Source: a virus. Taken from it: DNA of 64,000 nt. Numbering within the stretch: the stretch's first letter is position 1; each line of letters opens with the position of its first letter. The position numbers were made by a program, and so were the translations under genes. Below are positions 9,990-19,914 of this stretch, one piece after another. Location: positions 1 to 64,000 of the IMG/VR virus record IMGVR_UViG_3300020183_000020; one strand, given 5' to 3'. Under the pieces are notes generated by a model. The model saw only the letters and a list, made by a program, of their open reading frames with translations. It was not told the origin of the DNA and made no database searches.

Positions 9990-10556
9990 TCACAGACCTT
10001 CCCGATTAAGGTGAGTAGATGCGATACGGCTCGCCATGATTTGTCTTCCATCAGGGGAAACCTCTCGCTCTATTTTGAGGGCGGGTCTACGCACGAGGTA
10101 GTTTGGCCATTTTTCAAACCACTTTGAGTAGAAGTCATCTTCGTTAACTTCTCGGGTGGTTTTGTCGGGGTTGGGGATATTAGGGTCTGCCACATGGACG
10201 ACATAATTTCCCTTTTCGCCCGTCACATCGAATATGAGGCTTGCATGGCTCCATTCGCGACCTTCAGGGTTCCATGCGATTAAAACGGGAAACCCTGCGT
10301 CCGTCCATTCCTTAACCTGAGTAAGGGTAGAGGGAGTGGTGAGTGTAGCCCTACACCCGAAGTATTGAGCACAAGCCAATACTTCTTCCCAACGAGCCCC
10401 TTGCATAGGCTTCGCCCCGATGACTTCATTTACTTCATCTTCTGTGCATTTAACACCAACGGCATTGAGAGCCATACAGGTGCTAGTAGCGACACAAGAG
10501 AATTGTGTTCTCTGCCTTATAGCGGAGATATTTGCCTTAGCTTGAATGCGTCTCAC
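9990..10556 (-). CDS. C39-like cysteine peptidase
   Basis: RQRTQFSCVAT..WSHASL..ADPN. Confidence 0.8.
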   Translation of the reverse strand: MRRIQAKANISAIRQRTQFSCVATSTCMALNAVGVKCTEDEVNEVIGAKPMQGARWEEVLACAQYFGCRATLTTPSTLTQVKEWTDAGFPVLIAWNPEGREWSHASLIFDVTGEKGNYVVHVADPNIPNPDKTTREVNEDDFYSKWFEKWPNYLVRRPALKIEREVSPDGRQIMASRIASTHLNREGL

Positions 10557-10607
10557 TTTATGTTCCCCAAGGTAGCAGACTGACTACCTAGGAATATAAA
10601 GGATATA

Positions 10608-11066
10608 TTAGTGCGTCTCTAAAGGGACAACGAAGGGGTCAAAAGAGTGTTCGGGGAACAGCTTGCTCGCAGGGATCATCTTAGGGTTGTGGTTAAATTC
10701 TAGTGTGGTGTAGAGGCACACTATGGGTTCTCCCCTCTGATACACTACAACGAGAGCGTGTGGGTTAGGTGTATCGGTCTGAATGGGGAGATCAACAACT
10801 CCCCAAAAGACACCACCTTCAGCCCGAGGCATTTTATCCAATGCCATATTAGCCCAAGACCCCCAATATTCAGTCTCCAAACTATCCAATAAGGTAGGCT
10901 TTTCAATTTTAAGGGAAAGGGTATCTTCATCTTTATTGGTTGTAGAATAAAGGGAGAAGTGTGGGGGCATTTTATTGATAGGCAAGTTGCCCGTCATAGC
11001 CTCTGCGAAGTATTGCTTCACAAACAGGTACAAAGCGGCAACAGCATCACTATTGAGGTTTTCCAT
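10608..11066 (-). CDS. Hypothetical protein, likely paralog of 13525-13950
   Basis: Shared PIxxMPP and WG motifs; start MENLNS. Confidence 0.65.
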   Translation of the reverse strand: MENLNSDAVAALYLFVKQYFAEAMTGNLPINKMPPHFSLYSTTNKDEDTLSLKIEKPTLLDSLETEYWGSWANMALDKMPRAEGGVFWGVVDLPIQTDTPNPHALVVVYQRGEPIVCLYTTLEFNHNPKMIPASKLFPEHSFDPFVVPLETH

Positions 11067-11280
11067 GTCTGATGACCCCATAAAAGAGAGTAGAAGAAAC
11101 AAAGAGGATTTAATCTTCGCCCTTAGGGGCATTAATTCCATCCTCTCTAGGTCTAGATATAAGAACCCCATATTGGATATGCTTCTATTGCGTAGAATAA
11201 GACGCGATCTAGAGGGTTTGCTCGCCTTACAGGATAAAGCACTAAGGGATAACCCCCCAACCAAGACAAAGGATAAGTAA
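11065..11280 (+). CDS. Hypothetical basic protein
   Basis: GAGG RBS; abuts the next gene. Confidence 0.5.
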   Translation: MSDDPIKESRRNKEDLIFALRGINSILSRSRYKNPILDMLLLRRIRRDLEGLLALQDKALRDNPPTKTKDK

Positions 11281-11460
11281 ATGCCCATGTATGTCTTTAG
11301 ATGCAAAGACACGGAGTGTCAGCACACACAGAACAAACTTCAAAAGTTTGAAGACCCACCACCACCCTGCGAAAAGTGCAAAAAAGAAACGGAACGGATA
11401 CTCGGACAGAGTTCTTTTATCCTAAAGGGTAGCGGTTGGTTCAAGTCCGGCGGGTACTAG
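11281..11460 (+). CDS. FmdB-family zinc-ribbon protein (59 aa, not in ORF track)
   Basis: MPMYVFRCKDTEC..CEKC..SSFILKGSGWF. Confidence 0.88.
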   Translation: MPMYVFRCKDTECQHTQNKLQKFEDPPPPCEKCKKETERILGQSSFILKGSGWFKSGGY

Positions 11461-11461
11461 A

Positions 11462-11785
11462 TTGAAAATCTATTTCGTCCCGATTTTATCCATCACTTTG
11501 TGCTGCCTCTTATATTGGTTTAAGGCTAATAGTCGAGATGTTTGTGACTTTGAGTGGGGGCCGTTCAAGTGGTGGCTCTACACAGGATTGTTAACTAACT
11601 ATCTTAGCCTGTGGGCGTGGTGGAAGTTGGTCGATGTCTCTGATGTATGGAGAGCAGGAGTTATTTGGCTAATCACAAGCCTTTGTGTCGATCTCTGCCT
11701 CAATAGCTTTTATTTCGGATACAACCCGAAAGGGATTGTGGCTTTGATGTTATGTGCCTTAGCCGCCTATGTGGTTCACCACTAG
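11462..11785 (+). CDS. Small 4-TM membrane protein
   Basis: Four hydrophobic segments. Confidence 0.7.
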   Translation: MKIYFVPILSITLCCLLYWFKANSRDVCDFEWGPFKWWLYTGLLTNYLSLWAWWKLVDVSDVWRAGVIWLITSLCVDLCLNSFYFGYNPKGIVALMLCALAAYVVHH

Positions 11786-12978
11786 ACCAAGAACAAGTCC
11801 ACTTCTTTGGTTCTCTTGGATACCTGTAAGCTCGCGGGAAACCTAAGCGTCTCTTTCCCTGTGATAATGAGTATATTGAAATCAATCTCCCAACTTGTCG
11901 CCGTCTCGGACGGAGAGTGGTTGCTAAAAGATATTTCAGAAGCGGGGTAGCTAAAAGATGTTCTTGATACCTTGGGCAGGATGCTTGTCGTAATCAAATG
12001 CTCTAACTCCCCTTTGATGCGAGCGGGTGTAACAGCATTACTTGGAGCCTCAAACAAATTGTAGAAGAGCCTCGAAAAACGGAGTGGTACTTCTCTACTT
12101 GCCCCTCCCATCAGGGCTAGGTTGATCTCCTCATAACCTAACCCTAAGTTCTCTAGACGGGCGATACGCACTTCTAGCTCTCTTAGAGTATCGCTCGCCG
12201 TCCTCCCTGAATCACCACCAAAGATACTGCGGATAACTTCTTTGTCGGGAATACCACTTAAGCGTCTCCCCTGAGAATAAAGGATATGACGGATACGCTT
12301 GAGACCTTCCTCAGGTGCTCCTTTGACTCCCCAAGCGAGGAGCTTCTTAATAAAGTCTCTTTCATCAGCCGAAAGAACAGCGTTATTAAGCATCTCTTGG
12401 AGAATGATCTTCTCCTGACTAAGTTCTTCCGTAGGGAAACGATCCAATGCGGCAATCTGTTTAGGGCTTAGTAAACGACCGCTTTGCGTTTGCTCTAGCA
12501 GGCTCTTTAGGAAGCTGTTATTGGGACTGACTTTCAGAGCGGATTGTATCCGCTCAAACAAAGGATTCCCTTCGGAAGAGCGTTCCTCGATCTCCTTTAT
12601 TACTTCTAGCTGCCTCTCGGATAAGTCATACCCTCCCATGACTTGTTCTAACAAGCTAGACAAGAACTCGCTTCTCGGAGACTTCTTTAAAAGAGCCTCT
12701 ATTCTTGCCTTTAGTTCTTCATCTACAGGGGGCGATAGGTATTTGTAAATGCGGCTGTTCACATAAGCCAAACCATCTGATATGTCATCATCCCCCTTAG
12801 ACCTAGGGTCATCTAGGGTAATGGTGACACCGCCACCTCCACCTTTCAACTCAAGGGTGAAAGGTGAGACAATATCCCAATCATCCTCGGAAGTAAAGGT
12901 GTATGGGTTTTTAGGCATCCCCAATAGTTTCTTCAGTTGTGGGACGCTGATTGCGTATGCTTTGTACTTGTATCTCAT
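11782..12978 (-). CDS. Protein with two FLxSLLEQ..LSx(R/K)Q repeats and an internal tag
   Basis: Internal GRTASDTLRELEVRIARLE at about 12148-12204. Confidence 0.8.
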   Translation of the reverse strand: MRYKYKAYAISVPQLKKLLGMPKNPYTFTSEDDWDIVSPFTLELKGGGGGVTITLDDPRSKGDDDISDGLAYVNSRIYKYLSPPVDEELKARIEALLKKSPRSEFLSSLLEQVMGGYDLSERQLEVIKEIEERSSEGNPLFERIQSALKVSPNNSFLKSLLEQTQSGRLLSPKQIAALDRFPTEELSQEKIILQEMLNNAVLSADERDFIKKLLAWGVKGAPEEGLKRIRHILYSQGRRLSGIPDKEVIRSIFGGDSGRTASDTLRELEVRIARLENLGLGYEEINLALMGGASREVPLRFSRLFYNLFEAPSNAVTPARIKGELEHLITTSILPKVSRTSFSYPASEISFSNHSPSETATSWEIDFNILIITGKETLRFPASLQVSKRTKEVDLFLV

Positions 12979-13036
12979 GTTTATTCCCCCTAGTTTGATT
13001 CATCACTAGGTGAGGGAACATAAAAGAATAAAAATA

Positions 13037-13480
13037 TTATTTAGCAGCCCCCGATCTCTCGTCCCATCTTGCACCCTGCTTGTGTCCCGTAGGCTCACCA
13101 CGGACATCATAGTGGCAGAAGTCATCATAGACCCCTAGCCCCCCATTATAGAGCTTGCCGTCTTTGATGAGCTTTGAGATAAGGGTGTGAACCTGTGTGG
13201 AAGTCATACCCTTAATCTTAATATCAGCCGCCGCCGCCTGTATGTGGAGGGATTTATCCTTTCCACCTACAGCAGCATTCCTTGCCTCTGACCTGTATCC
13301 GCTGATGATGGTGATAGGGGCATTCGCCGCATCTCGGATAACTTGCAGGTTCTCCAAAAGTAAGGTCGCGTTCGCCATATACTTAGGAGGAATCACATCA
13401 TAGAACTCAAGTTCCGAAAACTTGAAGTTCTTGGTGGCTTGGATATTCGTTTTTTCGGTCTGATTGAGAGGTGTCGTCAT
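13037..13480 (-). CDS. Peptidase M15A (candidate endolysin)
   Basis: ISGYRS..N..VGG..SLH..AADI..GLGVY..HYDVRG. Confidence 0.9.
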   Translation of the reverse strand: MTTPLNQTEKTNIQATKNFKFSELEFYDVIPPKYMANATLLLENLQVIRDAANAPITIISGYRSEARNAAVGGKDKSLHIQAAAADIKIKGMTSTQVHTLISKLIKDGKLYNGGLGVYDDFCHYDVRGEPTGHKQGARWDERSGAAK

Positions 13481-13524
13481 GGTTTATCCTTTTTCATGGT
13501 CGCAAAGGATAGGCCATAAACTAT

Positions 13525-13950
13525 TTAGTGATACTGAACACCAAATGTCGGACACACATCTCTAATATCGAAACCCAAATCTTTTGGGTTTTCGTTCTTT
13601 TTAAAGTCTTTTAGGTCGTACCTGTACGATTCTACAGTTCCCTCGCCTATATTCTTATGTATAACTATAATAATGTTCTCAGACCATTCTTTTCCGTCTT
13701 CCGTGACTACTGCAACTAGTAAAAACCCTGCTCCTTTATTGAGATGGGGTCTAACAACATCCCCCCATTCAGGCAGTTGAACCTTTATTTCTTCGGGTGA
13801 GTTGAACATAAACCCCTTCTCCCCCCCCTCTTCTATACGGACGCTTTGAAGTAGAAACAAGAACGGAGGCATATCCTCAATTGGAGGGGCATCAGGCCCT
13901 AGAACTATTTCTCTCAAACACTCAAGTATTTCTTTATTGGTTGGGTTCAT
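13525..13950 (-). CDS. Hypothetical protein
   Basis: AGGAG RBS. Confidence 0.75.
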   Translation of the reverse strand: MNPTNKEILECLREIVLGPDAPPIEDMPPFLFLLQSVRIEEGGEKGFMFNSPEEIKVQLPEWGDVVRPHLNKGAGFLLVAVVTEDGKEWSENIIIVIHKNIGEGTVESYRYDLKDFKKNENPKDLGFDIRDVCPTFGVQYH

Positions 13951-13991
13951 TAAATGTCTCCTTTATTACTTTTATTAAATGTCCCCTCTAG

Positions 13992-14075
13992 TACCTAGAG
14001 CGGGACTCGAACCCGCAAGACTTTTAGGTCGGGGGATTTTAAGTCCCCTGTGTCTACCTATTCCACCATCTAGGC
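13992..14075 (-). tRNA. tRNA-Leu(UAA)
   Basis: Cloverleaf with long variable arm; loop CTTAAAA; no CCA. Confidence 0.95.
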
Positions 14076-14168
14076 TTATGTTCCCCCCCACTATACCGAA
14101 GTCCCATCAACTCTTAAAACTAAGGGGAAGTAAATCAGCCTACTCGGCTGACCACATCCCCATCTAAG

Positions 14169-14241
14169 TGGGTCCTCTGGGGCTCGAACCCAGGACCTAC
14201 GGATTAAAAGTCCGCTGCTCTACCGACTGAGCTAAGAACCC
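14169..14241 (-). tRNA. tRNA-Lys(UUU)
   Basis: Loop CTTTTAA; upstream TTGCTT-N17-TATAAG. Confidence 0.95.
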
Positions 14242-14303
14242 TTAGTGATCCTTCTTATACCGACTGACTTTGGAGGAAGCAAGAAAAAAACGCCTTCTAA
14301 GTA

Positions 14304-14644
14304 ATAAAGTGACCCCCACTAATCGACCGAAGAGGATCGGTGGGGGTCACTTGAGGGTGAAGCTATGCCCTCGGTCTATCTGAGTCAACATGGAGCCTCG
14401 TGGTCAACTATAACATATTGCCTTATCGTCTAACCTACAGAGATTGAGGGTTCAGACTTCCCACAGTCTGTAGGACTATCTATCCTTGGTTGACCTTCCA
14501 CAATATATTTCAGGGCTAGTTAAAGCGGTGAGCTTTTGTGGGATAGATAGTATCGAAAAGACTCACGCCTGAGCTAGTAGCCCTCAGGCGAGGTACAAAC
14601 CTGCTACTAGGTTTAAGAAGCCTCCGTGCGGAGGACATTCTTAA
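14304..14644 (-). ncRNA. Candidate ~340-nt multi-pseudoknot RNA ending in a terminator-like hairpin
   Basis: No ORF; many helices and loop-loop pairings; directly follows tRNA-Thr. Confidence 0.7.
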
Positions 14645-14717
<73 letters not shown>

Positions 14718-14729
14718 TTATGTGTTAAG

Positions 14730-14803
14730 TACGCCCGACAGGATTTGAACCTGTGACCCCCTCTTTAGGAAAGAGGTGCTCTATCCAACTGAGCTACGAG
14801 CGT
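14730..14803 (-). tRNA. tRNA-Arg(CCU)
   Basis: Loop TTCCTAA; cloverleaf. Confidence 0.95.
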
Positions 14804-14855
14804 TCATGTCTTTCTATATATAGGAGGACGGCATAAAACGCAAGGGGAAAATTTA

Positions 14856-15323
14856 ATGGCGTATGTACGGAGACCTTGGACTGATGAAGACATCAAGCTA
14901 CTAAGAGCTATGGCTCAGTATTTACCTGCAACACTCATAGCGGAAAGACTAAATCGAGGGCTAAGTTCCATAAAGTTTAAACTATCCAATTTGGGTATCC
15001 GTTTGAGAGATCGCGGTTGGGTCTGCCAAGGTAGCCCACGACATTGGACACCTAAAGAAATATCCATTTTGAAGAGGCACGCAGGTAAGTTAACTTCTTT
15101 GGAGTTACAGAAGCACTTGCCCCAAAGATCAAGTAAGTCCATCAAGATTAAAGCTAGTGCTTTAGGGCTTACGCTTTTCAAGACCCCTTGGTCTTCCGAA
15201 GATTTGGATAATCTTCTCTCCCTTAGAGAACAGGGTAAGTCTTTTGTCGAAATAGCTAAGGTCTTCAAGAGAAGTCCAGAGGCTTGCAGGGCGAAGTACT
15301 CATACTTGACCAAGTTTGACTAA
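14856..15323 (+). CDS. Myb/SANT-like HTH repeat protein
   Basis: Three repeats: WTDED, WTPKE, WSSED. Confidence 0.75.
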   Translation: MAYVRRPWTDEDIKLLRAMAQYLPATLIAERLNRGLSSIKFKLSNLGIRLRDRGWVCQGSPRHWTPKEISILKRHAGKLTSLELQKHLPQRSSKSIKIKASALGLTLFKTPWSSEDLDNLLSLREQGKSFVEIAKVFKRSPEACRAKYSYLTKFD

Positions 15324-15952
15324 TGGATAACTAGGATGGCATCCATCTTTAGTCGGAGTTGTTCATAGTCGATGCGATAAACTCCCCTGAATGGATCAAG
15401 TATCGTCACATCCCAAGTGGAGCCATACTCAGTTCGGTGTTCTTGCATGGCTCCCGCCACTACGAAATGTCCTCCTCCTTCTATAGTGTGTATCCCTATC
15501 GGACCACCCCTCAACTTCCGAAAAAATCTTTTCGGAGTGGGTGGTGCCTCCACATTGGATAACCTGATACCAAAGCGAGCCACAAGGGCTTGTATTTCTA
15601 CTATGTGTCCAACACGGGAACACATATGAGGTGCGATACAACAGGGAGCATTGTACTGAAGAGCCAGCATTTCACATTGAGTAGGTGCAGGTTGTTTTGT
15701 GTGTCCCTCTATCAACATCTTTGCCGTTGCTACCCAACACCACACCATCGTTTGTTGGGGGGAAAACACCAAATTGTGATCTACGCTGTCACCTAGTCTA
15801 GACCTCGGTCTTTGTAATGGCGGGGTAGGTGGTGGCTGTACATATATTGGAGAGTAGGCAAAAGGCGGTGGAGGTGGCGGGTAAAAAAAAGGTTGTGCCT
15901 GTGCTGCATTACTTAGTAGCACACACAAGACTATCCAATAGGGTGTCTTCAT
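15320..15952 (-). CDS. Secreted papain-like (C39-like) protease
   Basis: Signal peptide, Pro linker, QQTMVWCW..GHF..LDP. Confidence 0.75.
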   Translation of the reverse strand: MKTPYWIVLCVLLSNAAQAQPFFYPPPPPPFAYSPIYVQPPPTPPLQRPRSRLGDSVDHNLVFSPQQTMVWCWVATAKMLIEGHTKQPAPTQCEMLALQYNAPCCIAPHMCSRVGHIVEIQALVARFGIRLSNVEAPPTPKRFFRKLRGGPIGIHTIEGGGHFVVAGAMQEHRTEYGSTWDVTILDPFRGVYRIDYEQLRLKMDAILVIH

Positions 15953-16019
15953 GGTTGAGTTATCCCTTAATAAAGGTTAAATACACGCAGGTACATGGAT
16001 AAATAATACCCTATGGAGA

Positions 16020-17594
16020 ATGAACATGGCAGACATATTCGATCAGATCACAAATAGATATCTAAACGAGAAAACCGCCGCCCAAAATAAGTCGGCGGCA
16101 TCCGTGGCATCAAAATATGCTTCCCTCACCCAACCTCTCATGACCCGCAGAGACTATGGGAGTGTCCATGCGGAGAAGGCGGCGGCAGACTTCTTGGGAA
16201 CAACCGAACCCGCACTATCCGATTTTGACATGATGGCGGATGACATGATGGCGGATGACTTAGAGGCTGACAACGCGGTTCAGGTCAATACAGGTTATGA
16301 TAATGGTCTTGACTTCACAGGGCCTGGAAATGCCGAGGAGGAACTTGTTGCTTGTGGTGAGAATTGGTCGGACGAGGATATCCTTTCCATGGGTCTAGAT
16401 GATGGGACACTCATGGCTGACGATCTTGAGGCTGATGACCTTGAGGCTGATGACCTTGAGGCTGATGATATGTTCGCGGATGACCTTGAAGCTGACGATC
16501 TTGAGGCTGACGATCTTGAGGCTGACGATATGTGGGGGGAGATGGTGGCTGACGACCTAGAAGCTGACGACCTAGAAGCTGATTTCATCAAGCACTCTCG
16601 CTTCAAGGAAGGTCCTGAGGGTTCTAAGGCTTACGAACAAGCTAAGAAGGATGGGGATATCCCTGAAGAGTTCTTGGAGTATGAGGGTGCCTATGATCCA
16701 TCAAGTGGGGAAATGAACACACAAAGGATTAAGGAGAACAGGGAGTCTCTTGGGAAGACTGCGAGGAGGCTCGCCTCTTACGGAGATTTTGGCGGGATTG
16801 TCGATGATATGGGTTTTGACGATGATATGGGTCTTGAGATGGTGGGTGGAGGGGATGAGCATAAAGATGGTTCTTACATGAGCCTTCAGAACCTCCATGA
16901 GATGGAAGATCAGCTAGAGATGTTAACGGATAGTTTAGATGAGGGAGATGAGTTAGAAGATTGGGTTGAGGATAAGATTTCCCATGCTCACTCTGCTTTA
17001 TCCGATGTATCCCGTTATGTTGGATATGGGGAGCATGGTGCTCTCAAGGATAAGGAAGAAGATGAAGATGAGATCATTGACGACTTGGGTCTGCCTACAA
17101 AGGGAGGATACGATGAGACAAGCCATTTCAGGTTTGCCTCAGCTAGAAATATTAGGACGGGAAAGGAGGCGGGGGGTCTGTTTGGCTACCCAAAAGGCAT
17201 ACAAAATGCGGTCGAATCCGCAATTAGAAAGATCGAGAATAGGCGGGAATTACTGACAAGAGCGGTAGAGGATAAGTACCCCGAAGCGGGTACTTATTTT
17301 GCCAAAAGGTTTGAAACTAGTGGGTGTAATGCCGCAGGTGCATTATCCAAAACCTGTGTCTTCAATAAGGTTCCCGCAAGGACTCTTGGAGGGGGTTTGG
17401 GGTTTAAGCCCTCTTGTGTGAAGGCTTGCCAAAAATCCATTACGGACTTGATCCTTTATAGCGGCGAAGTATCTCATGGGTTATTTCTAAAGAATAAAGA
17501 TTACAGACCATTCTTGGTCACTTACGCCAAGAAGAAGAGATGCCCTGTAGCAAGGCTATTGCTTGAGACTATGCCTTTCACCATAGAGGGCTAA
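16020..17594 (+). CDS. Acidic repeat protein, putative prohead core/scaffold
   Basis: ADDLE repeats; many [KR]xA sites; SYMS..LEDWVEDKI module. Confidence 0.6.
   Translation: MNMADIFDQITNRYLNEKTAAQNKSAASVASKYASLTQPLMTRRDYGSVHAEKAAADFLGTTEPALSDFDMMADDMMADDLEADNAVQVNTGYDNGLDFTGPGNAEEELVACGENWSDEDILSMGLDDGTLMADDLEADDLEADDLEADDMFADDLEADDLEADDLEADDMWGEMVADDLEADDLEADFIKHSRFKEGPEGSKAYEQAKKDGDIPEEFLEYEGAYDPSSGEMNTQRIKENRESLGKTARRLASYGDFGGIVDDMGFDDDMGLEMVGGGDEHKDGSYMSLQNLHEMEDQLEMLTDSLDEGDELEDWVEDKISHAHSALSDVSRYVGYGEHGALKDKEEDEDEIIDDLGLPTKGGYDETSHFRFASARNIRTGKEAGGLFGYPKGIQNAVESAIRKIENRRELLTRAVEDKYPEAGTYFAKRFETSGCNAAGALSKTCVFNKVPARTLGGGLGFKPSCVKACQKSITDLILYSGEVSHGLFLKNKDYRPFLVTYAKKKRCPVARLLLETMPFTIEG
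16415..16583 (+). repeat. 15-bp coding tandem repeat (ADDLE)
   Basis: GCTGAYGAYCTWGAR units. Confidence 0.9.
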
Positions 17595-17642
17595 CTCCTA
17601 GCTTATATATTTATATGTTGTGTTTGGGATAAGGAGGCTTCA

Positions 17643-18713
17643 ATGCTAACACCCAAACACTTCATGTATGCAATCTACGCCTTAGCAGGATTAACTCTTG
17701 TAAGTGTAGGTGCTAACGCATATCAAACTTATCGGATAAATACGCTTTCGGATACTATCCAAAAACAGCTAAGGGGAGAACTATCCGAAGCTGCGATGGG
17801 GATATCCCAAACAAGACAAGATATAAAGACCCTTGAGTCTCAAATGGTAACAGGGCGGGAGTTATCCTCAAGGATAGAAAATATCCTTGAGGGATTGGAT
17901 AAGTCCACGCGGGATAGCATAGAGAGATTTCAAGCCGAGACGGGTGCGAAGATAGATTCCATATCAGTCCGTATGACTTCTATTGAGGCAAAACTAAAGG
18001 GCAAAGCAAAAGTGGGGACAGAGCCCACAACACCGATCCAACCTCCTCCTGCAAGTTGGCAGGGCATCACTAATGAAGATGCTGCGAGGTGTGTATCGTT
18101 CCCCTCGTTTTGTGACCCCTTAGAGTTCACATGGTCTACGCCATATGGGAAACCTCTTGCCTCTTTCTTTACGGATAACTTTTGGGGTGGCGATTACACC
18201 TTAGAGTTAAAACTAGAGTTCAAAGCCATAGTGATTGAATATGCTGAGGATCAGTCTTCAATAGGTTCAGGTGCTGTTAGAAACCAAGGACTTCATATCC
18301 TAGCGGGCTACACCAATGAGAAGGGCGACTTTATCCCTATTGCTGAAGATAAACTTATGCAGGGAAACCCTAATTTGGATAGTCGATTTTTCTACACGCC
18401 CAAAGTAGACCCACAGAACATCAAGCTGAAGAAACTCCGATTATTTGAGCCAAGTTTATTGGTGGGGATATCCTATTTGGATAAGTTATCCGCCTTTTCA
18501 GCAGGTGCGAGCTTGTTGAACCTTCAAGGTGGGGATTATCGACTAGGTGTTCAAATGGCTCTGACAAACAAACAACCCTATTTGGCAGGTGTTGTATCTT
18601 ATCACCCTTATGTACTAGGGAAACATCTAAACATATCTCCCGCTGTCGGTTGGGCAGTAGGTATGGATGGGTCTAATACATGGGTGGCAGGTTTATACTT
18701 TCAGGTTTGGTAG
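17643..18713 (+). CDS. Envelope protein: TM anchor, coiled coil, beta-rich C-terminus ending FQVW
   Basis: Sequence architecture; AGGAGG RBS. Confidence 0.7.
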   Translation: MLTPKHFMYAIYALAGLTLVSVGANAYQTYRINTLSDTIQKQLRGELSEAAMGISQTRQDIKTLESQMVTGRELSSRIENILEGLDKSTRDSIERFQAETGAKIDSISVRMTSIEAKLKGKAKVGTEPTTPIQPPPASWQGITNEDAARCVSFPSFCDPLEFTWSTPYGKPLASFFTDNFWGGDYTLELKLEFKAIVIEYAEDQSSIGSGAVRNQGLHILAGYTNEKGDFIPIAEDKLMQGNPNLDSRFFYTPKVDPQNIKLKKLRLFEPSLLVGISYLDKLSAFSAGASLLNLQGGDYRLGVQMALTNKQPYLAGVVSYHPYVLGKHLNISPAVGWAVGMDGSNTWVAGLYFQVW

Positions 18714-18759
18714 TTCTTTTATAGACCTGCACCCAACGACACTTAATGGAGTAAACATC

Positions 18760-19347
18760 ATGCTCACCGCAGCCGATAGAATCCAAGACTACCTAGACGA
18801 ATATCCTATCATTAAGGGATACTATTCCGTCACTTCTTATTCCACATCTGGCGGAACCATCGAGTTGCGTTCGGATAGCCCGAAAAGGTTAATTCCGATC
18901 TTGGAGAGGGAGTTCCCAAGTATTAACTTTAAGGCAACGCCTAGTTCCATCTTCTTCGATCTTGATCGTTCAGGGTGGGATAGATATGCCTCTCAGCCAA
19001 AGAGAGCAGGGAACCCCCCCTTGTTCTATGATGCAGAGAAATTCAGGGATTGGTTGATCCTTGGTGAGAGGATTGCGGAGGATTGGTCTAGACACATACT
19101 TAAAAACAGACAAGCTATCATCTTCGTTTTGGATGAAAATAAGCGTATCCGTCCACATGAGATTCAATATGGGATATTGAGAGCGGCTGAGAAGTCTAGC
19201 AAGGAGGTCGCTGCTGGCGATGAATCAAACTATCATCGCGGAATAAGTTTAGCTGAAGGTATTTGGCGTAGAGCCAATTTTGTGGTTGAGGGAGTAACCT
19301 CACCGACTACGGGTAAATTTGGATACCGCATCACCGTAACGAGATAA
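18760..19347 (+). CDS. Hypothetical late protein
   Basis: Class L motif at 18711-18722 and GGAG RBS place the start at 18760. Confidence 0.75.
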   Translation: MLTAADRIQDYLDEYPIIKGYYSVTSYSTSGGTIELRSDSPKRLIPILEREFPSINFKATPSSIFFDLDRSGWDRYASQPKRAGNPPLFYDAEKFRDWLILGERIAEDWSRHILKNRQAIIFVLDENKRIRPHEIQYGILRAAEKSSKEVAAGDESNYHRGISLAEGIWRRANFVVEGVTSPTTGKFGYRITVTR

Positions 19348-19812
19348 TCAGGTGGGTTGATGCTCCACGGAGATAACAACACCTCGCACAATAGGCTGAT
19401 GCGAGATGGATAGATTGGGGATTGGGGGGGTGGGGATACACACTTTTCCATTGTTGAGAGGGTTATCCATTTCAGCGTATGTAACCTGTATGCTTCCATC
19501 AGGAGTATAGGTTACATCTTGCACGGGTTGTGGGAGCGTCAAAACCCATTCAGCTTTGGAGGGGCTTTTTACCCTAAACTCCTGAATAAAGGGTTCGTGA
19601 TGCCTTCTCAAAAGTTCATGACATTGAACAAGAGATAGATACAGAATTGGATACTTCGAGAAGTCCACATTATGATTGATTACTTCCTCAGCGACATCTT
19701 CGAGGAGTTGTTCTCTTGTGGCTTCGTCTGTTTCTTCCGATTTAAGAAACAGACAAACCTCAACGCAGAGCCCAAAGTAGTAAAGAATGGGTAGTGGATG
19801 TTGGTGGGGCAT
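19348..19812 (-). CDS. Hypothetical protein
   Basis: AGGAG RBS. Confidence 0.7.
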   Translation of the reverse strand: MPHQHPLPILYYFGLCVEVCLFLKSEETDEATREQLLEDVAEEVINHNVDFSKYPILYLSLVQCHELLRRHHEPFIQEFRVKSPSKAEWVLTLPQPVQDVTYTPDGSIQVTYAEMDNPLNNGKVCIPTPPIPNLSISHQPIVRGVVISVEHQPT

Positions 19813-19914
19813 GGTCAGTCTCCTTTACCATGTGTGGTGGGTGGTGCTGATCTTATATATGAAGAGCACCATCCACCAAAGTGGTAGGTGGCATACAGAA
19901 AGGGAGGGTTGATT

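Noticed and set aside
13979-14167. ORFs overlapping tRNAs (also 25344-25544)
   Set aside because: Artefacts of tRNA sequence
14304-14644. tmRNA, RNase P RNA or group I intron
   Set aside because: No acceptor or T-arm and no tag ORF; no GAGGAAAGUCC; GATAGTCC resembles a group I S element but no R element or interrupted gene is evident
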